Source of the DNA: Eukaryota sp. TZLM1-RC
Lineage: Eukaryota; Protista; Metamonada: BaSk clade
Assembly: GCA_040285825.1 (NCBI GenBank)
Contig: JAUPSS010000003.1
Location: 3,224,001-3,288,000, forward strand
Reading direction: 5' to 3'
DNA length: 64,000 nt
In this document: piece by piece, positions 1 to 12,960 of the stretch
Position numbering within the stretch: position 1 is the stretch's first letter
Layout of the letters: each line of letters starts with the position of its first letter
Notes under the pieces: generated by a model
The model's input: only the letters and a program-made list of their open reading frames with translations
Told to the model about the DNA's origin: nothing
Databases searched by the model: none
Made by a program: the position numbers and the translations under genes

Positions 1-1986
1 AAAGGCCTTTAAGGAAGTCAAATTAGGAATTAAAGACTGAACAATAGGGCTAATTAATTCCCGAACAAATAAGAAGAAATTCAAATTCGAGAAAAGATCT
101 AAATTATGTCCAAAATTAACCAAACAGCTCAAAATTGAACAGGACTTTGAGAGACCAGATGTGTCAGACACTTGTTTAGAGATCACGTCAGATAGAAAAG
201 AGATCACCAAAACCTCCCTATTGGAAAGTTTACCATTCAAACTATTCTCAAATATTTTGGTAACACCGTACAGCTCTTCCTTGCCAGCAGGAGGTTTTAA
301 ACCCTTTCCTCTTGCGGACTTCATAACAGGCATGATTAATTCCCTCAAAACATAATCACCAGCAATACACTCGACTAGGAAAGGGTAAACAGACATTATT
401 TGAGGTAAACTCCTGGCAAAGACTGAATATACCTTGGAGACAAACATAGCGAAATAAGAGGTTAAGGGTAAAACCGTGGCGCTCATAGGTTCATTAAGTA
501 GAGGAAAAATCAAGACTGATGACGTGATCAGAGTTTGAAATGAATAGAGGTAAGAGAATCCTTGAATAATTAAAGATTCAATCTTTGAAAGAGCAGGAGT
601 CTTGGAGCCTAACTCACTTGAGAGGGAACAGGCCCATTTGGCTAAAACAACATTGTACCTACTGAGGGAAGCGACTGTTGAGCCTGTGACACGTGTCACA
701 TGAGCTCTAATGATCCCTTCTGATTCCATTACAAGTGGGTGATCTGACTCTGAGCTCTGAGTCAAAATTTGGTAAATATAACTTACTGGATTGAGAGCAC
801 ATTTACCATAAACGTGGACAAGAGGGATTTTCTTCATGAACTCAAGTAAAAGTCTAATAAATCTCTTTTCACTGTCAAAATCGGCTTTGGAAAGCCTAAT
901 CATAAGAGCAATCAAACAAGTAAATCCCATCAAATCACGACCTCCAATCAAATCATCAACACAATCAATAATAGTTAGACGGTCACTTAAAGAAGTCAAG
1001 TTTCCATCCAATAAATCACCCAAAGAGACAGTCTTGTCGATGGTTTCTTCCAATAAGGATTTCAAAATTTTAACAAAGTCAGAAATAAACTTTGAACTTA
1101 GTACATTATTATTCAAGTCAAAACATCTATTCAAAAACATTTGAAAACATTTACCGCCCAAAATTTCCCCTTCAAACATTGTTATCAAATTTCCAACAGC
1201 CATAAGCTTTGAAATGGCTTTTTCTTTTAGTTCGGCTTCTTCAAGCTGATGTCCATCGGTAGGTTGAGGTTGTTTTAAATCATCAACAAAAGAGATAGGG
1301 TTAGTTGAGTGCAGGGCAAGTCGTAAAACTTTCTTGATTGCAATCAAATCATCAGCAATCACGTCATCAAGCGTTACTAAACTGTCGATGGAGGTCAGAA
1401 TAGACAGGACTTTCCCCAACAGTCTAATAGGATACTTTTGTGTACTTTTGGCAAAAAGGGGACAAGACTTTGGATTTTGGTAAAAAGAGGACATGTACTG
1501 CACAATTGACGTGGCATTGGTTGTCACTTCCCCCACAAAGTCCAATAATTCCTTATAAAAAGGAAGAGTTCGGGAAAAGTCAATGGCAGCTTCTCCTTCA
1601 TAGAGGTTAGACTTGGTGGAGAGTTCAGAAGGGATGCGTTCGTTCAGGAGGGAGAGACGTGGGTAGAAGTAGGAGGAGGATCTCTCGAGGAGGCTGTGGG
1701 CGGTCTCAGCAAGAGTAGCAAACTCGGAGGTAGCACGATCAACAGTAAGGGTATCAGTGGCACACAAATCCTCTATGGATTTGGAGGGGATAGGGGTGGG
1801 AGCAAAGTTCACGGAGAGGAGGTCGTGGGGTCTCAGAGAAGTTCTAGTGCTAGATTCAAAGTGTAGTTTTTGAAACTCAAGAAGCTGAGAGGCGTGATTT
1901 TCAAGGAAAGTAGTGTATTCCTCGCGTTTGACTTGATGAGGGACCTCGTGGACACCCTCATTGAAATCTGAGTATTCCCAGTCCAT
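1..1986 (-). CDS. WASHC4: WASH complex subunit 4 (SWIP/KIAA1033)-like, runs off the window start
   Basis: Not in the ORF track; translated by hand from ATG at 1986: MDWEYSDFNEGVHEVPHQVKREEYTTFLENHASQLLEF...YFYPRLSLL...EGEAAIDFSRTLPFYKELLDFV...KKIPLVHVYG, colinear with the recalled WASHC4 N-terminus (DWEFD...YGKFLEEYTSQL...FLQELSCFV). Confidence 0.8.
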   Translation of the reverse strand, partial: MDWEYSDFNEGVHEVPHQVKREEYTTFLENHASQLLEFQKLHFESSTRTSLRPHDLLSVNFAPTPIPSKSIEDLCATDTLTVDRATSEFATLAETAHSLLERSSSYFYPRLSLLNERIPSELSTKSNLYEGEAAIDFSRTLPFYKELLDFVGEVTTNATSIVQYMSSFYQNPKSCPLFAKSTQKYPIRLLGKVLSILTSIDSLVTLDDVIADDLIAIKKVLRLALHSTNPISFVDDLKQPQPTDGHQLEEAELKEKAISKLMAVGNLITMFEGEILGGKCFQMFLNRCFDLNNNVLSSKFISDFVKILKSLLEETIDKTVSLGDLLDGNLTSLSDRLTIIDCVDDLIGGRDLMGFTCLIALMIRLSKADFDSEKRFIRLLLEFMKKIPLVHVYGKCALNPVSYIYQILTQSSESDHPLVMESEGIIRAHVTRVTGSTVASLSRYNVVLAKWACSLSSELGSKTPALSKIESLIIQGFSYLYSFQTLITSSVLIFPLLNEPMSATVLPLTSYFAMFVSKVYSVFARSLPQIMSVYPFLVECIAGDYVLRELIMPVMKSARGKGLKPPAGKEELYGVTKIFENSLNGKLSNREVLVISFLSDVISKQVSDTSGLSKSCSILSCLVNFGHNLDLFSNLNFFLFVRELISPIVQSLIPNLTSLKAF

Positions 1987-1989
1987 TAG

Positions 1990-2696
1990 TTACAGATATT
2001 GTCTATAACAATGAAATAAGTGTCCTTTTTACACCAATGTAGAGGGTTTGAGTTTTTGAGAGGTGGAAGATTTTCTTCTTGATACCTTTTTCTTTGAACC
2101 TTCAACAACCTTGGCTCTCTGCAGATATACTGGTCTTTTTCATTATTTACATGTGCTTCCATCACTGCCAACTTATTCAACGAAGCATTTCGATCTCTAT
2201 TCCGCAAACTTTCGCATGATTTACACATGGTAAGCCCGTGACGAATAGACATCTCATGCCTCTTCCATGGCCTTTGATTTCTGCACCATCGGAATGTTTC
2301 AACTGTTTTCTCCGCTTTCTTACAATTGAAACAACAACAACTGGTTCGAAACTCATCAATTGAACATACCTTATAACCTTTTTTAAATAAAATTCTTAGA
2401 CCTTTTCCTTTGGTAGGCTCTTTGAATTTCATGTGTTTTCGTTGTTCCCAGTCTCCGATTCCAATAACTACTTGGCCTGGATCACCAATTACTGATTTGA
2501 ATCTCTGTATCATCTTCGCCTCAGATCTTGTGCGATTAATCTCAGCCCACCATTCTGGTGTCCTTGATTTTTTTCGATGGCAGACATCACCAACGATACT
2601 ATTCACAGCAAATTTGTTTTTTAATATAGTAATTGTAACAACTATGGGAATTTTTCCATTTTGACGCCTAAACCATACTTTCCTACATACAGACAC
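1990..2696 (-). mobile_element. Fanzor family A, C-terminal RuvC/Zn-finger fragment plus right end (omegaRNA region)
   Basis: IGIGDWEQ..EPTKGKG, DEFRTS (RuvC-II), CxxC...HGL..CKSC, NRDRNASLN (RuvC-III); 3' region highly similar to 17144-17510. Confidence 0.85.
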
Positions 2697-2827
2697 CGTG
2701 TTTTCTGAGCATCAACCTCATCAGTGTCAAAAATGCACGCTCATGTTAGTAGAATTATCACAGAGATGTTTCGTATGGTGAAACCTTATTCAGATCACCA
2801 ATGAGTAGATATGGTTTGAATAATAAA

Positions 2828-2857
2828 CCCTAACCCTAACCCTAACCCTAACCCTAA
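2828..2857. repeat. Interstitial telomere-like repeat (CCCTAA)5
   Basis: Five perfect CCCTAA units. Confidence 0.9.
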
Positions 2858-3949
2858 CTACACCCTTGTTATGGGAGCATCCTTATACTGATGATGTAGA
2901 AGTGACGTATTTGCTTGTTGAATCAATTGGGATGGAGGTTAGTTAATTTCAATACGTGCTAATTTCAATTCAATCTTTGTTATTTTCTTTTTGAATGTGG
3001 CTAGCAATACACTATTCAAGAGAACATTTGCGGAAAGAGACACTTTATTGTAAATCTTTAATATTTTTTATTCTCACAACCCCCCCCCCCAATTCACCAA
3101 ATTGGATTCAATTCATCATACCACACCTTGACTATAAACCTAATCATTTGTTTCTTGACGTTACATCCTCTGAACTAGATAGTTCTTCTTCTGAAGAATA
3201 AACTCCTAATAAAGAGCTTCGTGATCTTGCAATGGCAGAGGTTGAGGTGTCTTGTACCATGATAATTCCAGAAGTACGTAAAAGTTTGACAGATGACACA
3301 TATGTAAAGCTTTAAAAACGACATTTTGGGGTTTTTGTATTTTGAGATCAAAGTATAACAATTTCTCTTCTTATATGAGACATGAATCAAGATTCGGCCA
3401 TCATAAATTATACAAAACTAAAAACAAAAGAAGTTTTCTTCTAGCAAAATATTTGAGCAACTCTTGACAAAAACAATGAATGACCAGTGGATTCACTGTT
3501 AGGAATAAAGAAAACTAAGGAACTATGTATGACTGCATGGAGAAACATAAATTTGTCTTGAAGGCAAATAGGGAATGAGAATAGACGTCTCCTGAAATTT
3601 TTTTTGGTGAATATACTAGCAATGTTCCTGATTACGACAAATTGGTTCTACGTCCCACAACCCTGAAACCAAAATTAGGGTGGATCATTTTTGAAGGAGA
3701 ATGAGGAGTGATATATTATTTCAGGATTGGAGAGGGGAAAAATAATTCAAAATAATAGTGTATAACATTAAAGCTATTGCTGAATGTTTGCTTTTCAAGT
3801 AGAAGTCAATTAATAGTTGTATTCGTAATTTAACAAAGAAATTTAGAATTCAATGTTTTGAGAATTGGAAAATATATTTTTTTTGATAGATTTTGACTTA
3901 TTTTATTTGAAAATATAAATTGGACAGTTTTCCACTCAGGGTCGTACCT

Positions 3950-4400
3950 TGTACATCATTTCTAAACAACATTTTGTTTAATATACTCCATAAATCTATC
4001 AAACCTGAACCATTTGGAGTTGGATTGGGATAAAGTTGCTTCGCATTCTGCTACAGGTTTAGTTTTTGTGACCATTATTACCCAATTTTATTGAATTTTA
4101 TTGAATTTTATTGAATTTTATTGAATTTTATTGAATTTTATTGAATTTTATTGAATTTTATTGAATTTTATTGAATTTTATTGAATTTTATTGAATTCCT
4201 TGGGAAATATTGATTACTTGAGGCACTTCACCTCACTTCAACTTAATGTTCTTTCAGTCATTTGATTTATTACACTTCTGTTTAAATCCACCCTTTGTTC
4301 TTGCGCTTCAGATAATTCATAGTTGCATGGATCAATCACCCTGCTAGTAAACTTTTTTCTTGTGATAAGTGTGTCAATCCTTATGCCATCCGTTGAACTT
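3950..4400 (-). pseudogene. Decayed upstream fragment of Fanzor family A
   Basis: ttgggataaagttgcttc.cattctgctaca shared with 18945-18975, and further patchy similarity to 19000-19200. Confidence 0.55.
4084..4197. repeat. 10-bp minisatellite (TTGAATTTTA)~11
   Basis: Perfect tandem units read directly. Confidence 0.95.
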
Positions 4401-4581
4401 TTTCAGTTAAATAATGAACCAAATCTCAATCTATGTCATTATCAAAATTTTGTTCAAAATCACTGAGTCAACACCATGTCAATGGTTGTGAGTGCCACTG
4501 ACCCATTATTCGAAATTCTTTCATGAAACAGTTCAAAAGATCGACCTACACAACACAATGTTTACAAAAGGACACAAAAGG

Positions 4582-5112
4582 CTAAATTGAACAAGGATCA
4601 ACATTTCCACACATAGTGCAACTTCCAGCACTGCGATGGTTCTTCGGTACGTAAACAAGTGAATAAGAGTTATCTAAAAAAGAATCAACAAGTTGCCTAC
4701 CCCAATTGACGCAAGACTGACGGCTGCCACAAAAGGAGTGACAATTGTTATTGTAACAGAAACAATGACGAAGAGGAAAGATATTTTTACCATTGACAAT
4801 CTGGGGGATGACAGAAAGAGACTGGTCAAGCTCCTCAATGAAATGGGACTTTATCATTGGTCCACATAAGAGACACCTCGCTCTGGTAATCCTCGTCTTG
4901 GGTATGAATGTGCAGACAAGGCGATTTTGAGTTTCATGTGGTAGATCATGTGCAGTCTCTTGACAATAGCAATAGCAGTCAGACATATTTCCGTCGTACC
5001 CAGCGTTACAATTACCACCCGGACAAATGCATCCATTTCGTAAAGCATCAGACATGACTACAAAAATCAACAGACAGTTGACCAATAGAATCATGTCGTT
5101 CAATCTTGGCAT
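4582..5112 (-). CDS. Secreted cysteine-rich protein with two related Cys modules
   Basis: Hydrophobic N-terminus; two modules of the form LRxxCxC...C...C...CxxCG. Confidence 0.6.
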   Translation of the reverse strand: MPRLNDMILLVNCLLIFVVMSDALRNGCICPGGNCNAGYDGNMSDCYCYCQETAHDLPHETQNRLVCTFIPKTRITRARCLLCGPMIKSHFIEELDQSLSVIPQIVNGKNIFPLRHCFCYNNNCHSFCGSRQSCVNWGRQLVDSFLDNSYSLVYVPKNHRSAGSCTMCGNVDPCSI

Positions 5113-6223
5113 TTTGGGAATCAGTCGAAAATCGGATTGGGAGTGGGAATAGTGATTTACCAGAAAATTTAAAACCCCTAATAAAAGAAAAACTAAAAAA
5201 TGAATTAAAAGAACATGATGAAATTAATCAACATAAGCCCTCAGCAACTGTTATTATTCGTGATCACAAAAATGAACTACCTGAGGAAATCTTAAAATTA
5301 AAAAAAACTATGACTAACTATGCAGTGTTGATGATGTTGGATCATTGAAGCATCAATGATGTTCATCTTAGTTCTAAGTTTTCCTAATTCTGTAACGATG
5401 AAGAACTTAAGAATTAATGTTTTTTGCTGGCTTTTAAAGCATTGAAAAGTAATGCTCGTGTAATGTTAAAATTAAACGACCTATATCACTACAAGTTAAA
5501 TAGTCCCAATCTGTTGTCTTGGAGATTCCACAAGATAACACTTCGCACCAGGATGCTATTCAAGTTATTTTAAATTCCAGAATTTGATAATCAGATTAAT
5601 GATTGTACCTCTGACATTCCTTCTTTTCAAATTATCCTTAATTTACAGTATCAAAATTTTGGACGCCAGTTTTACATTGCGTGTCTCAAAAGATCAGATT
5701 TACAAAAAAAAGTCGACAAATATCAACCAGATAGTAAAGATAATACCATTGGTGGTCACGGAAAATAATCTTCAATGTTATGTCTGAAATTTTTTCAGAA
5801 GAGTTTTTAACTCTTTCCTATAACTTGATGCCTCACATAATGAAGTGCCAGTCCATAAGGGGTAAGAGCTGAATATTCAACCCACCTTGCTGAGCAATTT
5901 CACTGATATGTATTCCAACATTCATTCAATTGTTGGGTTGAACACATGTAAGAAACAAATGCTAAACTTGACAAATTAACAAAAGATGAAAAACTCAAAC
6001 GAAAGGACGAAAAATTCAAATGAAAAATGGTGAATTGTATTACGTCAATGAATGTATAATTGACTTTTGAATAAATGGTTTTAATACAGAATTATTTGAT
6101 GATCAGGAAGGACCTATTTGGGAGCTGTCAACACAATATCTCAAAAATGATTACCAAAAGATGATGGGAATATGCATTATTCTGAAAAATGAACCCATTG
6201 ACGTTATTGTCACACTCAAGTTG

Positions 6224-9200
6224 TGTTGCCGGAAGGCATGCTAGCTATATATATATATGAATTACGTGAAAAACGATTAAGATAAAGACCATTTTTTTAT
6301 GATATATTATATAAAGACACTCACTAGTGATGTTGCTACACTGTTTTCTACGGTTTTTGATCAAAACTATTGACAGTTGTGCTTCCGCTTCCTTTGCTGA
6401 TAATAATTTTGCTCAGGCATGGGGTGGCATAAGTTCAGCTAATGGATTTAATTGATTTACGTTTTCTGGTGTTTGATTTCTTATTAAACCATTGATACAC
6501 TTTTGACCATAAAATAGAACACGGTAATTTTTCAGCATTTTTTCCACCAAACCACTTTACAGTAGACAAGAACCTAAGCAAGATCAAGTAACTTAATTGT
6601 TTGTTATGTCTTTCGAAGAATATTAAATGTATTTTCCACAGTGTTTTTATTTTGACTGGGTGTGTTTGATAATTGGTAATGCTCTGCTTCTTCCCATTTC
6701 TTTTGAAGACGATCATCCTTAAACTTAAAGTCTTGCAAAAGTGGCACATTGGATTCAAATTCGAAAATGTTTCCCATGATGATAGCAGGAGTTGATGTTG
6801 GGCTGATAGATGACCAAAATATCAGTTCGTAAGGAGTGGGATTGTTAATACTGCTCTTTGTTGAATTTATCAATAATTGAGTTACTGGTACATAAGTGGA
6901 TCATGCATTATAGTGGTTGTAGTTCATTAATAATTACCTTATGCGTTGTATCACATCTCGATTTTTTTTCTACCAATTCATTACTCTCAGAGTGATGAGG
7001 AATTGATTTTGATACCTCAATTGACGTCCTTAGGCAAAGCAATTTAAATACTTCATTGGCGAACTCAGGGCCATTATCACTGTCTAAAGACATGATTATG
7101 CCAAATAGAGCGAAGATGTTCCATATCAATGTGTCTGCTACTTCTAAGGCACTGAGTTCTTTCAATGGTGAAAGTATCGTGTACCCTGTGAATGAATTGA
7201 CGAAAACTAGAACATATTGATTATCATTGTTGTCTTTATTAAGTGGGAAATCTGTGTCCACGTTTAATTTTGCACAAGAGAGGTTAACCCACAAGAACCT
7301 ATTTGAGGGAGTCTTTGATTGTTTTGCTGGTGTTTTGTTGTTGTCGAACTTAAATTGAATTAGTAGGTTTCATTGTATTTTGACTGATGACGTGATACTC
7401 GTTTATGAATCAGTTTTATTAATAAACTCAGATTTCTCTCTCTCCTTCGTGTGTTCATCTGCCTAACGGCATCAATAATTATTGGCCCTTCTTATTTCAG
7501 ATGACTGTTCCCTCTGTTAACCTGACGTCTCTTTCTTCCATGAAAGTTGAAAGTGTTCTTCTGTTCCTATAGGAGTGAAAGATTTATTCTTCGGTGACTC
7601 CTAAGAAAGAGCTTGTTCCAGCAAGACTCTTGGTCGATTCTTTTCTGTTAGAGTCCCTATCTCTCCAGAAATCCGACGGCTGATCCAGTGACGATGTTCT
7701 TCTCAGACATCTACAATCTGTCGTATCGTTCGCCATGTACGAAGATTTTAGTCTGGCTATGTCAGAACTGATGCTTTATGTCCGTATTGGTGACGTCCGA
7801 GAACGTATGTCCTGTTACCTGCGACGTTTTTTTTTCAGGTAAAGAGTAGGGCTTCCGGACTGAAGTTGCCAGACATAGCTTTTCTGAACCGATTTGCCAG
7901 AGGACTTCTTTTCGTAGGTATCCAACGTTCTCATACCATCGATGCACCGGAGAATTTAACAAACCCCATATCTCCCCTCTATTGAGCCAGTACTGTATTT
8001 GTCCTCAGAAAAATGGGAAAAGGTAGTGTTGTTGTCGAACTTAAATTGAATTAGTAGGTTTCATTGTATTTTGACTGATGACGTGATACTCGTTTATGAA
8101 TCAGTTTTATTAATAAACTCAGATTTCTCTCTCTCCTTCGTGTGTTCATCTGCCTAACGGCATCAGTTTTTTCTGACAACTAGGACCACGTTTTATGTGT
8201 TTGATCAGATCTATTCTCATGTTTGGTCCGTATAAATTGCTTTTGGAAAGTTCTCTACAAGGAACTGCCTTACGGTACCTCTGAGCAAACGACCTATGTG
8301 ATGATGAAGATACATTTAGGCAACCCAAACTAACCTGTCTTCATACTTGTCGCTCGACTAGTCGAACCAAAAAGTCAGGACTTTGATATTGCTGCTGAAA
8401 AACTAGGTAATCTTGCGTCTCACCTCGTGAGTTGCCAAAGTTTTTTAAAAACTCATTTTTGTTCTTTTCGTGTGTAGATTTTGTAAGAATACTTAATTCA
8501 TTTTTAATTACTGTTAATTCTTACCTAAAATTTTGAAAACTGAGGCTGTTGAGATCTGTTGTGGTTTATACAGATTCAACTGCATAATTGTTCACATTCT
8601 TTTCTACACAAAATATACTCGAACATTCAATATTTTTATTGCTATCAAGGAAAGAGAGTGGGTTTAAGGGTGTCTCTTGAGCCGTATGTTCCGACTGACC
8701 AGTTGAATATGCTTGGTTTGGTTTGGGAACTGCAGCCTGTGATGATTCATTGATTAAAGATATGTATTTACTTGAGGTATAACCTCTAGTACCACGGCCA
8801 CATTGGCCCCTAAAACTACTTCGGCTTCTCTGACTACCTTTGAAATTATCGTAACTAGCTCTCAATGGTTTTCCACCACCTCTACTATTGACGAAACTTC
8901 TACGTTGATTTATGGGGACCAAAAAAGAATGTATTCTCGATATTCACATTCGGAAATTACGTGTTTTCGATATCTGACAGAAAGTACAGAATTTTTGATT
9001 TCCTCTGTAATGTTTTTCCTTTTTCACGCTAGGATGGGATGAGTCATGTGGGCTAGTCCTCTTCTTGCCAGCTGAAATGTGGATCTCACCCGTCTCCAGC
9101 TTAGGTTTGGATGCAGCTTTCCTCAATAGCTGAACTGTCTCTCTATTTTGTGCCACTTTCATCCATGCAAATAAATTATTCCTAACTTTTTTTGTTAGTT

Positions 9201-10450
9201 GTATGAAGCTTCCCAGTTTGTTCTTTCAGTAACTTTTTTTACAACACTCGTCAAACAGTGGCTCAGTAAAAACCAAATTGTTGATGCCTGTTGAAAAGGC
9301 ATGCGCCACTGTTAACATGGAAAGGGTGAACATTCCACTCGAGTAATCCACGTCTTCGAATCTGGTGGAAACAACTGTTATCTAAGTCGACATCCTCACA
9401 CTATTTCCAAAGTTTTCCAAGTATATGGCGAATTCTTTTTTGGCGTCCTCAATGGAATTAACTTTGCGTCAATTGAATTGGGGTCTAGGTAGGGCTAATT
9501 TCGCATAATAAATTGAACTAAACTGACTCGTTCTATAAAATGGCAGCAGTATTGTTGCCTCTGTAGGATCCATGCTAATTATTTGCTGTTCTTTCCAAAA
9601 TGATATCATCCCAACACTTATGCCTCCTGAAATTGCTGAACGGTTAGCCGTGGCTAGGACGAACGTAACCAGTTTGTAGGCATGAGTCGGTGGCTCTATT
9701 TTCTTGATAACATATGTATCAATTCCATAAATTTTTGGTTTTTGTATCGACCTTAATTGAGATTACAGTGAATCAAACTGATTGTACTTAAGTCGTGTCG
9801 ATTTCCTGCAGAGCTAACAACTAAGATAGACTTTTGATCATGCATGCTATTTGTTGGTCTTGTTGAGGAGCTTGATTGAGGCATTTCCTGTGAAAATTTG
9901 GCCGTCGTCAGGGCTGTATCAGCCAACGAGTGGGCGTTTTGATTGGGAAATAATACCTCCTGATCAGTTAGGCTTGAAGTGGGGTTTTAACACGAACTCA
10001 CGCAGTTTGATGGGAGACTGGGATCTCTGCTCATTTGTTGAGAAGTGGGCTTTTGGCCCGAATCTAATTGGTTTTTAGTGGGGTAAAAAACACCCAAACT
10101 TATGTGGGGAGGATTGAGGTGGTTTCTCCCGAACTCGTTTTTGTCTAGAGTACTGATAACATTTGAAATTATACTAAGACGAGGGTGAAAAAGATCTTCT
10201 TTGGAAGATGTTTGAGGTATGTCAGACATTCTTTAGCTGTTTACAGCGCTGTTGTTGTATCCTTTTTGCCGTGCCTGAAACACACAAAAAATATTGTTGC
10301 CAGAAAACATATCTGCTAGCTGTATGTGTTAGTGTAATAGTTAGGTAAAGCGAATTAGGATAAAGAAAATTTGAGTTAAACATATGCAACATATTTTAAG
10401 GTATTCCCTAGTGAAATCGTTGTTCTCCTCACCAAGGGTTTTATCAGTAT
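6224..10450 (-). mobile_element. Heavily decayed Ty3/gypsy LTR retrotransposon
   Basis: rve integrase remnant 6908-7294 (FVNSFT, SDNGPEF, SNELVE); gag-like remnants 8566-9500 (CTFC); LTR-like starts tgttgcc.gaa..cat...gctagct at about 6224 and 10296. Confidence 0.6.
7336..8165 (+). mobile_element. TRIM-like non-autonomous LTR element
   Basis: 139-bp direct repeats 7336-7474 and 8027-8165 (TG...CA), polypurine tract gaaaaatgggaaaaggtag before the 3' LTR, 4-bp TSD GTTT, no coding capacity. Confidence 0.9.
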
Positions 10451-11164
10451 TTACATTGTATTTTGCGAATGGACAATTTGCCCAGAGGACAACAGTTGGG
10501 GGAGTCCTTGATTGCTTTACCAGTGCTTTACCAGTGCTGTTTTCTGACAAGTAAAACATTGTTACATATGTTTGATGAGATCATTTCTCATGTAGGGTCA
10601 ATAACAAACACTTTTGAAAAATTCATAAGGGGCTCTGCTCTTGCTTGGATGGCCTGAATATAGTTTTTGAAGAAATGTAAGTTCCCTCAATTGGTAGTGA
10701 CTATTATTTTATTGCTAGTGATATATTCAAACAAATTAACGGACTTCTTTATGCTTAAAATTTGCTCTACTGGGACAATAACCCACATTTTGAGTTATTG
10801 TGCTCCTTCCATAGCATTGAATGTTTGTTCTTCCTTTAATTCACTGAGAACAGAATTTTTTGCTGATTTATTGGATGTAGAATCCGGAATGTTGAAGAAT
10901 CACTTCTTTTCGGCAGCAAACTTTGGTGGTATTGGATTTACAAAATCTTCTATTTTGTGTCAATCAGCATTTTTGGGTGGATGCAGGAATTTTATTTATT
11001 AATTTGCTTGTAGATTTCCTGAAGATTCTCATTTGTTAGTTCCCAGTTGCAATGCATATTTGAATAAGTTATTTTGTGAACTCTATAATTTGCCACCACA
11101 AATCTGGACCAAATGTTTTCCCCAATCGATTCAAGAAATTCCAACCCGATCTCGTATTAATTTG

Positions 11165-11306
11165 TGTTGTTGTTACTGATAAACTAGGCCGGTAAACAAA
11201 TGAGAAATTCACGTGATGATGTGGCACTTGTTCAAGAACCAGTATCTTTATTAATAAAGTTCTCTTTTCTTCTTTTCACCTTTGGTATTTCTGCCTAACG
11301 GCATCG
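11165..11306 (+). mobile_element. Solo LTR related to the TRIM LTR
   Basis: tgttgttgt...ctgcctaacggcatcg ends match the TRIM LTR termini; TSD TTTG; interrupts the LINE reading frame. Confidence 0.8.
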
Positions 11307-12023
11307 TTTGCAGCTTTGTTGTAAAAAGCTTAAACAAAAACTGTCAAAGTTTTTTTGAAAGCTTGGATTTTGATGTTAGACATGGCTTGGCCAAGAAAAG
11401 AATCCCGCTTTTGCAATTCTTTTACAAGATATGTCTGCCTTAGTAACTTCAATTCCTCGAATTTATAAAGCTCTCTTAACTAGTTCTACTTGGACTTTGA
11501 CTAAGGTATTTCGTTCCTTTATCTGGCCTAATGTTTTATCTCATAATTTAATTAGTAAATGTTCTCGAAAAATTACAAATGCTCATTTGTTAAATTGTAA
11601 ACATTTTATTACCTTTAGAAGCAAGGTTCACGATGCTGTAAGAGACCAATTATATTGTATGTGTAAGTCTTTGAAGATTATTGTCAAAAGAATAATAGAG
11701 GTGATGTCATATTACCTGGATTAGATGAAACCTTCATTTTATTGGATGAAACGTCTGTTGATCATTGTAATGCCTCAAATAAAAGGCTTGCTAATTCCGA
11801 AATTCATAATCCTTTTTCAAATGCTGACAATTTGAAAATCAAAAAATACAATGAACCTTTGTCCAAATTGTCCAGCCATCAGCATGCAAAATACAATTTG
11901 TATCCATTTGCATTTTCTCTATTTGGTTCACTTTCTCCCTCGGCTATACGTTTTTTGGCACATTTTGAAATGGTTGTAAAGAGAAGAACTAACAGAAAAT
12001 TCAACTTTAGGCTTAAAATATGA

Positions 12024-12960
12024 AATAATACTTGGCTTGGCTAAAACTGAAAATCCCGCTTTCGGTAATTTTTTAAAGGACATTCGTGATAGTTCTGCTG
12101 CTGCTTTAGTAACTCAAATTCCCTCTGTTTATGGATTTTTGTTAAAAAACAATGAATGGCTTTTAAACATGCGTTTTCGTTGTTTTCTGTGGCCAAACAA
12201 TTTGCCCAATCATTTAACTTGTAAATGTGGTAAACCTCTTTTGTTTACTCATCTTTTGAACTGTAAACATTTCATTACATTTAAAAGCAAAGTACATAAT
12301 AATGTCAGGGACCAAATTTATGTAATGTGCAAATCATATCGAGTAGATTCCTTTTTAGAGCCGTTGTTAGCAAAATTAATTCTTGCTGACCCCAATATTG
12401 ATAGTACTCGTTACAACAGAGCTTCTATGGGTCTGACAAGAGGTGAGCTAGTTGTTCCCGGTTTAAATGGTAGTTTTACTATTTTAGACGCCATGTCTAT
12501 TGACCCTTGTAATTCTTCTAACGAACATCTCATTAACTCGGATGTAAATAATCCTCTTTTTGTAGGCGAAAAATATAAAATTGCTAAATATGCAAAACCC
12601 ATTTCCTCAGTTAATGAAAATTCTCATGCCCAATATAATTTATGTCCCTTTGTTTTTTCTTTGCTTGGATCTCTAGGTAAGGCTGCTATGGCTTTCCTTG
12701 AGGATTTTGTTGTAGTTGTAAAGGAAAGAACTGGAAGAATTTTCAATCGTGTTTACTGGCAAAACAGGATTGTATTTTCTATTTTTAAGGGAATGGTAAA
12801 ACTAATTTCTGATTCACTCTCTTCCTTTGGGAAATTTTCTGAATCTTTAGCAATTAATTGTTCTGATGCAGGGGAGACAGGTTTTGAGGATGTGGAGTTT
12901 TAATTGTGTATTTTATGTTTTCATATTTTTTTTCATATTTCTTGTTGAATGAATAAAATA
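12024..12960 (+). mobile_element. CRE-like non-LTR retrotransposon family B, 3' fragment (RLE domain) nested in the family A 3' end
   Basis: 288-aa ORF with CKCG..HLLNC, HNNVRD, KIAKY; family A sequence resumes at about 12975 with aaatttcaac repeated on both sides. Confidence 0.8.

Noticed and set aside
161-1144. Plus-strand ORFs of 64 and 102 aa
   Set aside because: Antisense shadows of the WASHC4-like gene; the same applies to most short ORFs opposite real genes and retroelements
4084-4197. Regular repeat as a possible CRISPR-like array
   Set aside because: No spacers; simple 10-bp minisatellite
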